This document shows, one piece after another, positions 27,420-37,202 of a DNA stretch of 64,000 nt (its first letter is position 1; the number at the start of each line of letters is the position of its first letter). The position numbers and the translations under genes were made by a program. The notes beneath the pieces are model-generated. The model was not told where the DNA came from and searched no databases. It saw nothing but the letters and a program-made list of their open reading frames with translations. This DNA is from Acinetobacter phage At2, in sequence record PQ656108.1, one strand, 5' to 3'.

Positions 27420-28058
27420 ATGGCAGTAAACTTAATCAGTATTACCCCTGATGCTGAAAAAACTATGGGCTTCATAGCTCGTGTATCAAACCCTGCAAAC
27501 CAAGACAATGAAAATGTAGCAGGTTTACTTGCTTACTGTATTAAGCACAAACATTGGTCGGTATTCGAGCAAGCACACATCACAATGGAAATTGAAACCA
27601 CACGTGATATTGCTGCACAGATCCTACGTCATCGTAGCTTTACATTCCAAGAGTTCAGTCAGCGATATGCTGCAGTTACTGATATTGCAGAAGCACCTGA
27701 GCTACGCCTACAAGATCATAAGAATCGCCAGAACTCTATTGAGGTTGGTGATGATGACCAAGCTATGCAACATAAGCTTGAACTGTTTCGTATTGATATT
27801 AGAAATCTGTTTCAAGAGATTCATTGTTTATACGAAGACATGTTAAAAGCAGGTGTAGCTAAAGAATGTGCCCGTAAAATCTTACCTTTAAATGTAAAAA
27901 CTAAGCTTTACATGACTGGTACAGTACGTGACTGGATTCACTACATTGATTTACGTTCATCCAATGGTACGCAAAAAGAGCACATGATCATTGCCGAACA
28001 AGCCCGTGAAGTCTTTAAAAACAATCTTCCAATTGTTGCTAAAGCACTTAACTGGTAA
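27420..28058 (+). CDS. thyX: flavin-dependent thymidylate synthase ThyX
   Basis: ThyX signature RHR-x7-S (ILRHRSFTFQEFSQRY); about 212 aa. Confidence 0.75.
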   Translation: MAVNLISITPDAEKTMGFIARVSNPANQDNENVAGLLAYCIKHKHWSVFEQAHITMEIETTRDIAAQILRHRSFTFQEFSQRYAAVTDIAEAPELRLQDHKNRQNSIEVGDDDQAMQHKLELFRIDIRNLFQEIHCLYEDMLKAGVAKECARKILPLNVKTKLYMTGTVRDWIHYIDLRSSNGTQKEHMIIAEQAREVFKNNLPIVAKALNW

Positions 28059-28089
28059 TATCTCGGCCCCCTGAATATAGGAATGAAAA

Positions 28090-30081
28090 ATGATCAAACC
28101 AAAAAATAACCAACCATTAGATAAACGCCTACTATCAGACTTCATTGACTACACCGCAGACAACCACATGATTGCTGCAGGTCGTGAAACAGTTAAAGAC
28201 CGTTATCTCATTCAACAAGAGACATCTCCTCAAGATGCTTATATGCGTTGTGCTACAGCATTCGCTTCGGATGTTGAACATGCATTACGTATGTACACCT
28301 ATTTCAAGAATCACTGGGCAGGCCCTGCTAGTCCTGTATTAGCAAATGCTCCAGTACGAATTAAGTTCTTTGAAGAGTACGAACGTAACTTTAGCCATGA
28401 AGCCTATGAGTCTGTATATGGCCCATTACCTATTTCATGCTACACAGGTTATGTACCTGATAGCCGTATAGGTATTGCAGATCACTACATGGAAATGTTG
28501 TGGATTGCATCTAATGGTGGTGGTTATGCAGCAGACTGGTCACCACTACGTCCAGGTGGCGCTGTAACGTCCACAGGCGGAGTTTCTGGTGGACTAGTAC
28601 CATTTTACCATGTGACTGATTCATTGGTCACAGCAGCGCACCAAGGCTCAAATAGACGTGCTGTTTATGGTGGTAACATCCGTTGTGATCACGTAGAAGT
28701 AATTGAGTTCTGTGAATCTCGTAAAATGTCAGGTGATCCTAACAAGCGTAGTCGTAACGTATTCCAAGCCATCAAGATTACAGATGCATTTATGCGCTGT
28801 GTTTTGAAAGACAAGAAGTGGCATCTCAAAGATCACAAAGGTGTAATTAAAGAGACTGTAAAGGCTCGCTACCTTTGGGAACTAATTATGGAATTACCAT
28901 TTGAAACTGGTTGCCCATTCTTAGTATTTGAAGACACTTGCCGTAGGTTCTTACCAGAAGAACAGAAAGCTCTTGGTTTAGACTTTAACAACGTAAACAT
29001 CTGTACAGAAATTACATTGGCTAACAATGAAGAGCGTACAGCAGTGTGTTGTTTAAGTTCATTAAATATGGCTACCTACAATGAATGGAAAGGTAACAAG
29101 CAATTAGTTAAGGACATGATTGAATTCCTTGATAACGTACTTGAATACTTCATTCAGAATGCTATTTGGTCATGTACCAAAGACTACGATTGGGATAAAT
29201 TGAAATCTACATTACGTAGTTCAATTCAAACAGAAGGTATAGTTATCCCTGAACCTATGCTAGACAAGATCGCTAAGAACCTTGTTGAAGTAAACATCAT
29301 GGGCTTACGTAAAGCAGTATTTTCTGCTAAGTCAGAACGTGCTGTTGGCTTAGGTACTATGGGGTGGGACTCATACTTTAAAGTGTGTGATCTACCTTAC
29401 GAATCTCGTGAAGCATTGAACATTACACACAATGCTACTAAATGGATTAAGGAGTGTGCTCTTGAAGCTACTTATGAACTTGGTGCACAGCGTGGTGCGG
29501 CTCCCGATATGGCAAAATCAGGTAGACGAAACAGTCACTTACTTGCTGATGCTCCAACAGCGACCAACTCTCTCATTTGCGGTGGAGTTACGCCATCCCG
29601 TGAACCACGCTTCCAGAACATCTACCCACAGCAGACTACGTCAGCAACCTTTGAAATGATTGAACCATACTTGCTAAAAGTACTGGACAGTTACGGAATG
29701 AATAATGCAGCTACCATCAAGTCTATCGTAGACAATGATGGTTCAGTTCAGCATTTAGATTTCCTATCAGATCATGAAAAGAAAGTATTACGTACTGCCT
29801 TTGAAGTAGATCAGATGTGGATTGTAGAACATGTTGCTGCAGCACAGAAGTTTGTGTGCCAAGCAATCTCTACTAACCTCTTCTTCAACCCTGGGGTTAA
29901 GAGGCGTTATGTAAATGCTGTTCACTTCATGATGTGGAAGAAGGGCTGTAAGTCCCGTTACTACGTTCGTACGAAAGCTCTTGCATCAAGTAATGCATTT
30001 GCAATCACCAATGACATGAAAGATCTGGTTGATTACGACAGGCCAGAACTATTTTCACAATGCTTGAGCTGTGAGGGATAA
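28090..30081 (+). CDS. nrdA: ribonucleotide reductase class I large subunit (short form)
   Basis: Active-site N-x-C-x-E motif (NVNICTEITL), C-terminal redox Cys pair (SQCLSCEG), adjacent to nrdB. Confidence 0.7.
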   Translation: MIKPKNNQPLDKRLLSDFIDYTADNHMIAAGRETVKDRYLIQQETSPQDAYMRCATAFASDVEHALRMYTYFKNHWAGPASPVLANAPVRIKFFEEYERNFSHEAYESVYGPLPISCYTGYVPDSRIGIADHYMEMLWIASNGGGYAADWSPLRPGGAVTSTGGVSGGLVPFYHVTDSLVTAAHQGSNRRAVYGGNIRCDHVEVIEFCESRKMSGDPNKRSRNVFQAIKITDAFMRCVLKDKKWHLKDHKGVIKETVKARYLWELIMELPFETGCPFLVFEDTCRRFLPEEQKALGLDFNNVNICTEITLANNEERTAVCCLSSLNMATYNEWKGNKQLVKDMIEFLDNVLEYFIQNAIWSCTKDYDWDKLKSTLRSSIQTEGIVIPEPMLDKIAKNLVEVNIMGLRKAVFSAKSERAVGLGTMGWDSYFKVCDLPYESREALNITHNATKWIKECALEATYELGAQRGAAPDMAKSGRRNSHLLADAPTATNSLICGGVTPSREPRFQNIYPQQTTSATFEMIEPYLLKVLDSYGMNNAATIKSIVDNDGSVQHLDFLSDHEKKVLRTAFEVDQMWIVEHVAAAQKFVCQAISTNLFFNPGVKRRYVNAVHFMMWKKGCKSRYYVRTKALASSNAFAITNDMKDLVDYDRPELFSQCLSCEG

Positions 30082-30084
30082 ACC

Positions 30085-31131
30085 ATGAGCTTTAATCAAT
30101 CAAACCATGACGCATTAACCCTTACAGATTCACGTGAATACTTTAAGCCTTTCCGTTATCCAGAGTTATATGAGATGGCTGAAACCCATCGTAAGATGAA
30201 CTGGACTATTGAAGAGGTACGTAAGTTAAGCCACGACATCAAAGACTGGAAAGAATTAGATGCAGATGAAAAAGCTGTATACCAATTCTTACTCTTGTAC
30301 TTTACTCAAGCAGATGTAGACGTAGCAGGCTCTTACTTTGAGAACCTATCTAAGTGGTACACACAACCTGAGCAACGCTTCTGGCTAGCACAGGTAATCC
30401 ACCGTGAAGCTACACACGTACAGTGCTATGACATGCTCCCAGATCAGTTTGGTATTCCTAAAACTGAATACTGTGAAATGTTAGACATTGATGCTGTCTA
30501 TGACCAACGTGAATTCATGATTGGTGTTACACAAGCAAACACTTTTGAAGATCGCCTACTAACTTTGACTAAGCACATCTGTGGTGAAGGTATTGGTATC
30601 TACGGTATCTTCCTCATGCTTATCAATGCTCAACGCTTTGGTAAGATGACTTGTCTTGGTCAAGAGGTTGTTGCATGGTCAGCACGTGATGAAAACCAAC
30701 ACGTTGATGGCCTAACTTGGACAGCTAACACTGAGATCTCAGAGAACCCTTCTGAACTAACTCCCGATCTTATTAATAAGATCGTAGCTATGTTTAAGAA
30801 CTCTGTAGAGCGTGGTGTTGCATTAGCCAAGTGTGCATACTCGAAAGGTAGTCTACGTGACTTATCAATTGAGCAAATTGAAGTATTCCTTAAGCAGTTA
30901 GCGAATGCACGTATCAGTCGCTTAAACATTGGTGTAGATACTGTCTACCCTGATGTGTCTAAAGAAGTACTTCCACAGGTTGGTTTATTGTTTGCCAAAT
31001 CAAGTCTGGTAAACTTCTTTGAAGCTAGTAACACTAACTACTCTGTAGGTAGCTTAACTGGTGAATGGGAATATCCAGATGGTGATTTCCAAACTGACTA
31101 TGATATTGAACAATCAATATTGAATGGTTAA
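30085..31131 (+). CDS. nrdB: ribonucleotide reductase small subunit
   Basis: Position after nrdA; ExxH-type di-iron ligand motifs (REATHVQ, RDENQHVDG). Confidence 0.6.
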   Translation: MSFNQSNHDALTLTDSREYFKPFRYPELYEMAETHRKMNWTIEEVRKLSHDIKDWKELDADEKAVYQFLLLYFTQADVDVAGSYFENLSKWYTQPEQRFWLAQVIHREATHVQCYDMLPDQFGIPKTEYCEMLDIDAVYDQREFMIGVTQANTFEDRLLTLTKHICGEGIGIYGIFLMLINAQRFGKMTCLGQEVVAWSARDENQHVDGLTWTANTEISENPSELTPDLINKIVAMFKNSVERGVALAKCAYSKGSLRDLSIEQIEVFLKQLANARISRLNIGVDTVYPDVSKEVLPQVGLLFAKSSLVNFFEASNTNYSVGSLTGEWEYPDGDFQTDYDIEQSILNG

Positions 31132-31135
31132 TAAA

Positions 31136-31160
31136 GGGCCACCTTCGGGTGGCTTTTTTG
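31136..31160 (+). terminator. terminator (gccacc-ttcg-ggtggc then TTTTTT)
   Basis: Seen directly. Confidence 0.65.
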
Positions 31161-31179
31161 CCTCTTAAGGAGAGAGCTA

Positions 31180-31305
31180 TGAAAGTAAAAGATCTTATTG
31201 AGTTACTAGAAGACTGTGACCCTGACGCAGAAATTCTTGTTGATCAGCGATACGTTGAGATAGAAATTCAAGACTCAACTTCATACGTAAACCTGAGTAC
31301 TTAAT
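31180..31305 (+). CDS. small acidic protein (41 aa, MKVKDLIELLEDCDPDAEILVDQRYVEIEIQDSTSYVNLST)
   Basis: AAGGAGAGAG RBS before ATG; below the track cut-off. Confidence 0.3.
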
Positions 31306-32286
31306 ATGACTCAGTATACAAACCAAACCAACTTACCCACACCAATTGCTGTGTGGTTAGCTCACGACACTTATGATCGTGAAGCTGCAGGACTATCTGC
31401 AACAGCCTTACTGAAACCAATACGACAAGTGATTCTGTCTAAGCGAGTACCTCCAGGTGAGGGCTTAGTAGATATCTCTGGTTTAATTAAATCTCGTATA
31501 GGTTCAGCAATCCATGATGCCATTGAGCAAGCATGGCTAAGTGAAAAACTACCTGAAACCCTAGCAAGCCTAGGTATCTCAAGTAAGGTAGCATCACGTG
31601 TTGTAGTAAACCCTGCAGACCAACACTTCACTAAACCAGTGATTCCTATGTACTTGGAACAGCGTACTGCCAAAGATGTATTAGGTGTACGTATCACAGG
31701 TAAGTTTGACTTTATTGCAGATGGACGTGTTCATGATTTTAAAACAACAAGTACATTTGCATATACATCGGGTAACAAAGATGATGACTACATACTACAA
31801 GGTAGTATTTACCGTTGGCTAAATCCTGATATCATTACGGATGACTTAATGTCAATCATCTTTATCTTTACAGACTGGAACAAGAATCGTTACTTGTCTG
31901 CTAGGGATACTTACCCACCAAGTCAAATTGTATCCCGTGATTTCAAGCTTCTACCTCTGGACACAGTTCAGAAGTATGTAGAAGAACGAGTAACCAAACT
32001 AATTGAATGTGAGAACTTACCAGAAGATCAGCTACCGCTATGCACTGACAAAGAGCTATGGCGTAAAGAAGATGTGTTCAAGTATTACAAGAACCCTGCT
32101 GCTACTGGTAAGAGTACAAAGAACTTTGATAACTACTCAGACGCATACATGAAGTTCGTAGAGGACGGAAGTGTAGGCCGTATTGATACTGTCAAAGGGC
32201 AAGTTACTGCTTGCTTATATTGCTCTGGTTTTACTCTGTGCTCCCAAAAGGATGCACTTATTGAAGCAGGTGAACTTAAACTTTAG
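31306..32286 (+). CDS. PD-(D/E)XK nuclease with C-terminal 4-Cys cluster (Cas4/RecB-nuclease-like)
   Basis: GKFDFIADGRVHDFKTT (D..D-x-K core), C-terminal LPLC...ACLYC..TLC cysteines. Confidence 0.5.
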   Translation: MTQYTNQTNLPTPIAVWLAHDTYDREAAGLSATALLKPIRQVILSKRVPPGEGLVDISGLIKSRIGSAIHDAIEQAWLSEKLPETLASLGISSKVASRVVVNPADQHFTKPVIPMYLEQRTAKDVLGVRITGKFDFIADGRVHDFKTTSTFAYTSGNKDDDYILQGSIYRWLNPDIITDDLMSIIFIFTDWNKNRYLSARDTYPPSQIVSRDFKLLPLDTVQKYVEERVTKLIECENLPEDQLPLCTDKELWRKEDVFKYYKNPAATGKSTKNFDNYSDAYMKFVEDGSVGRIDTVKGQVTACLYCSGFTLCSQKDALIEAGELKL

Positions 32287-32294
32287 GAATTGAA

Positions 32295-34451
32295 ATGACT
32301 CAATCGCTTAAACCATTTGATCAGATGAATTATGATCCTGTTACTGAACAGCTTACAGACATTATGTGTGCTAAGACTCAGAACAATGAACGTATGTTCT
32401 TCCGTATTGCAAACTCATATTATTGGGGTGTTCTGGCTTCCCAGATGCACGCTGTAATTGAAGGTTGGGGTAGCAGTAAACTACCTATCAACATCTATGC
32501 AATGAACCTATCTCCATCAGGTACTGGTAAGGGTTATTCCACTGGTCTCATGGAAGATAGTGTTATTCAACGCTTCCGTGCTTCATTCATGGAAAACACA
32601 TTTCCACTTGCTGCAGAAAACAATATCCGAAAGCTAGCCAATGAACGTGCTAACCGTAAAGGGACTACATTTGACGATGAGTTCGATAGTCTAGTTAAAG
32701 AATTTAACTCTATCGGATCACTTTTATTTAGCTTCGACTCGGCTACTGTTCCTGCAGTTAAGCAACTACGTCACAAACTTAATCTTGCTCGTGCAGGTGG
32801 TGTAAACCTCCAGATTGACGAGATTGGTGCAAACTTGGTTAGCCAAGTGGAAGTAACTAACGCATTCCTTGAACTTTATGATAAAGGCATGATCAAGGAC
32901 AAACTGGTGAAGTCTTCTGTTGAGAATACTCGCTACGAACGTATTGAAGGTATTACACCTACCAATATGTTGTTGTTTGGTACTCCAAGTAAATTACTTG
33001 ATTCAGGCGTAACTCAACGTCACTTAACAGAAATGTTAGAGATGGGTTATGCAAGGCGTTGTTTCTTTGGATACATTCCAAAGGTTAAAAAGAACGTAAC
33101 TGCTGATGCTACTGACTTAGTAAACCAGATGTTTAACAACACTTCTGATGCTGCATTAGAGCAGTTATCTATTGGTTTAGAACAGTTAGCTGATATTAGC
33201 AACATGAACAAAGTAGTTCGTATTGAACAACCAGAAGCAGTCTACTTAATGGAATACAAAATCCATTGTGACAAGCGTGCAGCATGTTTGAAAGATCACG
33301 AAACCATTATGCGCTCAGAGTTAGAGAACCGCTTCTTTAAGGTACTCAAGCTTGCAGGTGCGTATGCATTCCGTGATTACTCACCACACATCACCATTCC
33401 ACACTTAGAGGCAGCAATGCGTTTAGCTGAGGACTCTGGTGAGCACTTTGCACGTTTGATGCAACCTGAATACGATTATCAGAAAGTTGCACGATTCTTA
33501 GCTGAATGTGGTTCTGGCGTAACACTACCTGACCTAGAACAAGCATTACCTTGTTTCCGAGGAAGTAAACAACAGAAAGATCAATTGATTGAGTATGCTG
33601 TTGCTTGGGGATACAAGAACAATATCATCATCAAGAAATTGTATGACGGTAACATCTTGTTCTTACGTGGTGAAACACTTCGTCAAACCAACACAGATGA
33701 ATTGATCATCTCTAGCTCAGACAAGCTGGCGGAAGGGTATCGCAATATCCGTATGCGCTTTGAAGACTTAGTACAGCTAGGTCAACATGATGGCGGTCAT
33801 TGGGCTAACCATCACTTCGATAATGGCCTACGCCGTGAAGACCATACTAAACTTGGTTTTAACATGTTGGTTTTTGATGTGGATGGTACATTGCCATTAG
33901 CTACTGCAATTGAATTGTTGAAAGATTACAAGGCATTCTTCTATACAACTAAACGTCATCAGAATGAAGACAAGTTGGATCGCTACCGTATCATCATGCC
34001 TACGAATTACGAACTTGAATTAGATCGTGAAGAGTACAAGATGTTTATGGATAACGTCATGGGAGCACTCCCATTTGAAATGGATGAATCTTGTAACCAA
34101 CGAAACAAGAAATGGTTATCAGCTAAGAGCGCAGTAACTCATTACAATGATGGCGAACTCTTTGATGTACTTCCGTATATCCCACGTACCACTAAGAACA
34201 GTGAACGTGAAGAGCGTCAGCGTGATCAGAAAGATCTTGATAACTTAGAGCGTTGGATCTTAAACAACACTGGTGATGGTAACCGTAATAAGCAGTTGTA
34301 TAACTATGCAATGGTCTTGTATGAGACTGGCTTACAGTTTACTGAAATTGGTGAAAAGGTTCGCTCATTGAACAATAAGCTTCAAGACAAACTTTCTGAT
34401 GAAGAGTTGCAAGCAACTATTCTTAAATCAATTCAATCTAAAAACAAGTAG
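32295..34451 (+). CDS. putative primase: N-terminal P-loop NTPase plus C-terminal archaeo-eukaryotic-primase-like domain
   Basis: P-loop SPSGTGKGYS; AEP-like motif MLVFDVDG (hhhDhD); in the N4 gene order this position holds the primase. Confidence 0.45.
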   Translation: MTQSLKPFDQMNYDPVTEQLTDIMCAKTQNNERMFFRIANSYYWGVLASQMHAVIEGWGSSKLPINIYAMNLSPSGTGKGYSTGLMEDSVIQRFRASFMENTFPLAAENNIRKLANERANRKGTTFDDEFDSLVKEFNSIGSLLFSFDSATVPAVKQLRHKLNLARAGGVNLQIDEIGANLVSQVEVTNAFLELYDKGMIKDKLVKSSVENTRYERIEGITPTNMLLFGTPSKLLDSGVTQRHLTEMLEMGYARRCFFGYIPKVKKNVTADATDLVNQMFNNTSDAALEQLSIGLEQLADISNMNKVVRIEQPEAVYLMEYKIHCDKRAACLKDHETIMRSELENRFFKVLKLAGAYAFRDYSPHITIPHLEAAMRLAEDSGEHFARLMQPEYDYQKVARFLAECGSGVTLPDLEQALPCFRGSKQQKDQLIEYAVAWGYKNNIIIKKLYDGNILFLRGETLRQTNTDELIISSSDKLAEGYRNIRMRFEDLVQLGQHDGGHWANHHFDNGLRREDHTKLGFNMLVFDVDGTLPLATAIELLKDYKAFFYTTKRHQNEDKLDRYRIIMPTNYELELDREEYKMFMDNVMGALPFEMDESCNQRNKKWLSAKSAVTHYNDGELFDVLPYIPRTTKNSEREERQRDQKDLDNLERWILNNTGDGNRNKQLYNYAMVLYETGLQFTEIGEKVRSLNNKLQDKLSDEELQATILKSIQSKNK

Positions 34452-34481
34452 CCGTACTTCGTACGGTTACGTGCTTTCAAA

Positions 34482-34510
34482 GAGAGACACCTAGTCTCTC
34501 TTGCTTTTTG
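34482..34510 (+). terminator. terminator (gagagac-accta-gtctctc then TTGCTTTTT)
   Basis: Seen directly; preceded by a second ccgtac-ttc-gtacgg hairpin at 34451-34467. Confidence 0.5.
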
Positions 34511-35263
34511 GAGTCAATCATGACAGCAGCGTTACAACAACTTAATGACAACTTAATTCTGATTGGTGGCGTATCAGGTGGTGGTAAATCCGCTAGCCTA
34601 CGTAACCTTAAAGATCCAGAGGGCGTACTTTACTTAAACTGTGAAGCAGGTAAGAAATTACCATTCCGTAATAAGTTTAAAAGTATCGTCATCACCCGAC
34701 CTGAACAAATCCTTGAAGGGTTTCAGTGGGCTGAAACACAGCCTCAAATCCATACCATTGTTATTGATACAGTCTCATTCTTAATGGACATGTTCGTATC
34801 AGTAAACATCATGGGTTCTGCAGATACTCGCGCTCAGTGGCAAGCATACTCAGAATACTTCAAGAACCTTATGCAACAGTACGTTGCTAAATCATCAAAG
34901 AACGTAATCATGCTTACGCATGTTGCTGAAGATGTTGATGAAGAAAAAGGTATCCGTGTCGAACAAGCAGTTGTCAAAGGCGGTTTAGCTAAAACTGGTA
35001 TTGAAGCATTCTTCTCTCTTAACGTAACTGCACGTGCTGTGCCTGTGAAAGAGTTGGATAAACATCCAAGTGAATATTTGAACATCACAGAAGAAGAACG
35101 TGACGTGGGATATAAACATGTATTCCAAGTACGTAAAACCAAGGAAACTACTGGATCTCGTATTCGTGGCCCTATGGGATTGTTCCCGCCTGGAACTGTG
35201 TATATCGACAATGACACTCAACTGTTATTGGATGTAGTACATGAGTTCTACAAAGAAGACTAA
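34508..35263 (+). CDS. RecA-fold P-loop ATPase, Sak4/AAA_24-like
   Basis: Walker A GGVSGGGKSAS near the N-terminus, Walker B TIVIDTVS; about 250 aa. Confidence 0.45.
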   Translation: MESIMTAALQQLNDNLILIGGVSGGGKSASLRNLKDPEGVLYLNCEAGKKLPFRNKFKSIVITRPEQILEGFQWAETQPQIHTIVIDTVSFLMDMFVSVNIMGSADTRAQWQAYSEYFKNLMQQYVAKSSKNVIMLTHVAEDVDEEKGIRVEQAVVKGGLAKTGIEAFFSLNVTARAVPVKELDKHPSEYLNITEEERDVGYKHVFQVRKTKETTGSRIRGPMGLFPPGTVYIDNDTQLLLDVVHEFYKED

Positions 35264-35771
35264 AGCAGAACTTACACAAGAGCTGCTTGCTAAGGTATTA
35301 AAGTATGACCCTATTTCTGGAACTCTTATTTGGATTTCTAACTTACACAGTAAGTCAGTTGTTCCAAATAGCCGTGCTGGGTATTTAAAAAAGTCAGGCT
35401 ACCGAGGCATCTCTTTGTTTGGCGGTACTTACGCTGAACATCATCTTATCTGGTTTATCCATTATGGTTACTGGCCTAAGGGACAGATTGACCATATCAA
35501 TCAGGTTAGGGATGACAACCGTATTGCAAATCTCAGGGAAGTGTCCGTAGCTGAGAACGCTAGAAACAGGTCTCGTAATCCTCACTCTAAGTTAGGTGAG
35601 CATGGAATCTGGTTCAACAAGCGTACGTTTAAATACGTAGCTGAAATCACTTTAAACGGTAAAAAGGTTTACCAAAAATCATTCGATGACATTGATGAAG
35701 CAATCAGTGCTCGAAAAGCTAAATCACTTGAACTAGGCTTCCATCCTAATCATGGAAGCAAACAATCTTAA
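35241..35771 (+). CDS. HNH homing endonuclease
   Basis: HNH motif region AEHHLIWFIHYGYWPKGQIDHINQVRDDNRIANLREVSVAENARN; overlaps the end of the upstream gene. Confidence 0.65.
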   Translation: MSSTKKTKAELTQELLAKVLKYDPISGTLIWISNLHSKSVVPNSRAGYLKKSGYRGISLFGGTYAEHHLIWFIHYGYWPKGQIDHINQVRDDNRIANLREVSVAENARNRSRNPHSKLGEHGIWFNKRTFKYVAEITLNGKKVYQKSFDDIDEAISARKAKSLELGFHPNHGSKQS

Positions 35772-35782
35772 GGAAACATATT

Positions 35783-36475
35783 ATGTCATTATTCGGTGTA
35801 CAACCTACTGGTACTGTAGAGAAAGAACAAGATTACTCAAAACGCACAGTTGATTCTGGTGCTTATGAAGGCGTTATTAAAATGGCTTTCTTAGGTGCAG
35901 CTAAATCTGGTGCTAAGTTCATTACTCTGCAATTAAAGTTGGATAACGGTAAAGACTACAGTGAAACTGTGTATATCACTAACAAAGAAGGTAAAGTTAC
36001 TTATACCAAAGATGGTAAAGAATACTTCCTTCCTGGTTACACTTTATTGAACAACATTGCAATTCTTGCTGCATCTCGTGGCCTATTCGACTTAGAGCCT
36101 GACGTAGAAACTCGTACAGTTAAACTGTATGACTACGATGCGAAAAGAGAAGTGGCAACTGATGTACCTGCAATCATTCCGTTGATTGGTAAAAAGGTAT
36201 TACTCGCTATTAGCGAAGAAGAGTACGCTAAAACCAAACTCAATGATGCAACTAAACAGTATGAGCCTACTGGTGAATACGGTATTAAAAACCAAATTGT
36301 TAAGGCTTACTGCCCAGAGACTCGTAAATCTCCTGTAGAGTTACGTGACGACAAAGACGCATCTGCTTTAGACAATTGGTTAAATACTTTCGGTGGCAAA
36401 CTCAAAACTGTTGAACGTACTGCTGCCCCTGCAAATCAAAATGCAAATCCTACTCCTTCTGGTTTATTCGGTTAA
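35783..36475 (+). CDS. putative single-stranded DNA-binding protein (by position in the N4 gene order)
   Basis: AAGGAAA RBS; placed by gene order only, no motif recognised. Confidence 0.35.
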   Translation: MSLFGVQPTGTVEKEQDYSKRTVDSGAYEGVIKMAFLGAAKSGAKFITLQLKLDNGKDYSETVYITNKEGKVTYTKDGKEYFLPGYTLLNNIAILAASRGLFDLEPDVETRTVKLYDYDAKREVATDVPAIIPLIGKKVLLAISEEEYAKTKLNDATKQYEPTGEYGIKNQIVKAYCPETRKSPVELRDDKDASALDNWLNTFGGKLKTVERTAAPANQNANPTPSGLFG

Positions 36476-36510
36476 TACGTAGGGCTTCGGCCCTACCACT
36501 GGAGAGCTAT

Positions 36511-36735
36511 ATGTCAGCATTAGAAATTGTTGATTATGTCCCTGATAAAACATTAACAGGGTTGCAAAATGCTCTTGCACGTAAAGCTCATTATGAGTCT
36601 GAATTGATACGTGTAGATGCACACATACAACTAACTGCTCACATTCAACGTGAGAAGTTAGAAACATATATTAATACTAGGAATACTCCTCATGACCGAA
36701 CAAATCAAACCCGAACCATCTCAAAAAGACCTTGA
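36511..36735 (+). CDS. hypothetical protein (74 aa)
   Basis: GGAGAG RBS. Confidence 0.4.
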   Translation: MSALEIVDYVPDKTLTGLQNALARKAHYESELIRVDAHIQLTAHIQREKLETYINTRNTPHDRTNQTRTISKRP

Positions 36736-37024
36736 TGCTATGGGCATCAAACCAGAAGACGTTAAACTCGACTCTGTTGAACAGATGGGCCATATCGTCA
36801 CTAACTGGCACTTCCGTGTAGTAGCAGACTTCCACCATAAACTCCGTATGCCAGAAGATGTAGGGATTGATATTCCTACGGGCGAACTGGATGAAAATGG
36901 TGAAGAGATCATCATTGATGGTAATGAAGACCACAAGCGAGGTTTCTTAACTGGCCTACACTATGCCTTAGAACTTATGGATACATTCCCTATTAAAGGT
37001 GTACCAGAAGATGGCGAAGGTTGA
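36692..37024 (+). CDS. acidic protein (110 aa)
   Basis: AGGAA RBS; Asp/Glu-rich. Confidence 0.45.
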   Translation: MTEQIKPEPSQKDLDAMGIKPEDVKLDSVEQMGHIVTNWHFRVVADFHHKLRMPEDVGIDIPTGELDENGEEIIIDGNEDHKRGFLTGLHYALELMDTFPIKGVPEDGEG

Positions 37025-37202
37025 TCTACAAGCCAAGCTATTAAATTCATTAAAGGATCATGCTTCTGTAGTTCAAGAAGTAATTAATGATCCTGAATTT
37101 GAAAAGCAACCTACTACTGTAAAGCTTGCCGTAAATATCTATACCCGTACACTGGCCCTTACAGTCAGCAATTGGGAAAAGGTATTTGATGACAAATCTT
37201 AA
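36999..37202 (+). CDS. hypothetical small protein (GTG start; alternative ATG 37011)
   Basis: ORF track; weak initiation signals. Confidence 0.3.
   Translation: MYQKMAKVDLQAKLLNSLKDHASVVQEVINDPEFEKQPTTVKLAVNIYTRTLALTVSNWEKVFDDKS

Noticed and set aside
34834-35221. Minus-strand ORFs (127 and 78 aa) inside the Sak4-like ATPase gene
   Set aside because: They are antisense to a gene with Walker motifs and are Ser/Thr-rich frame artefacts.
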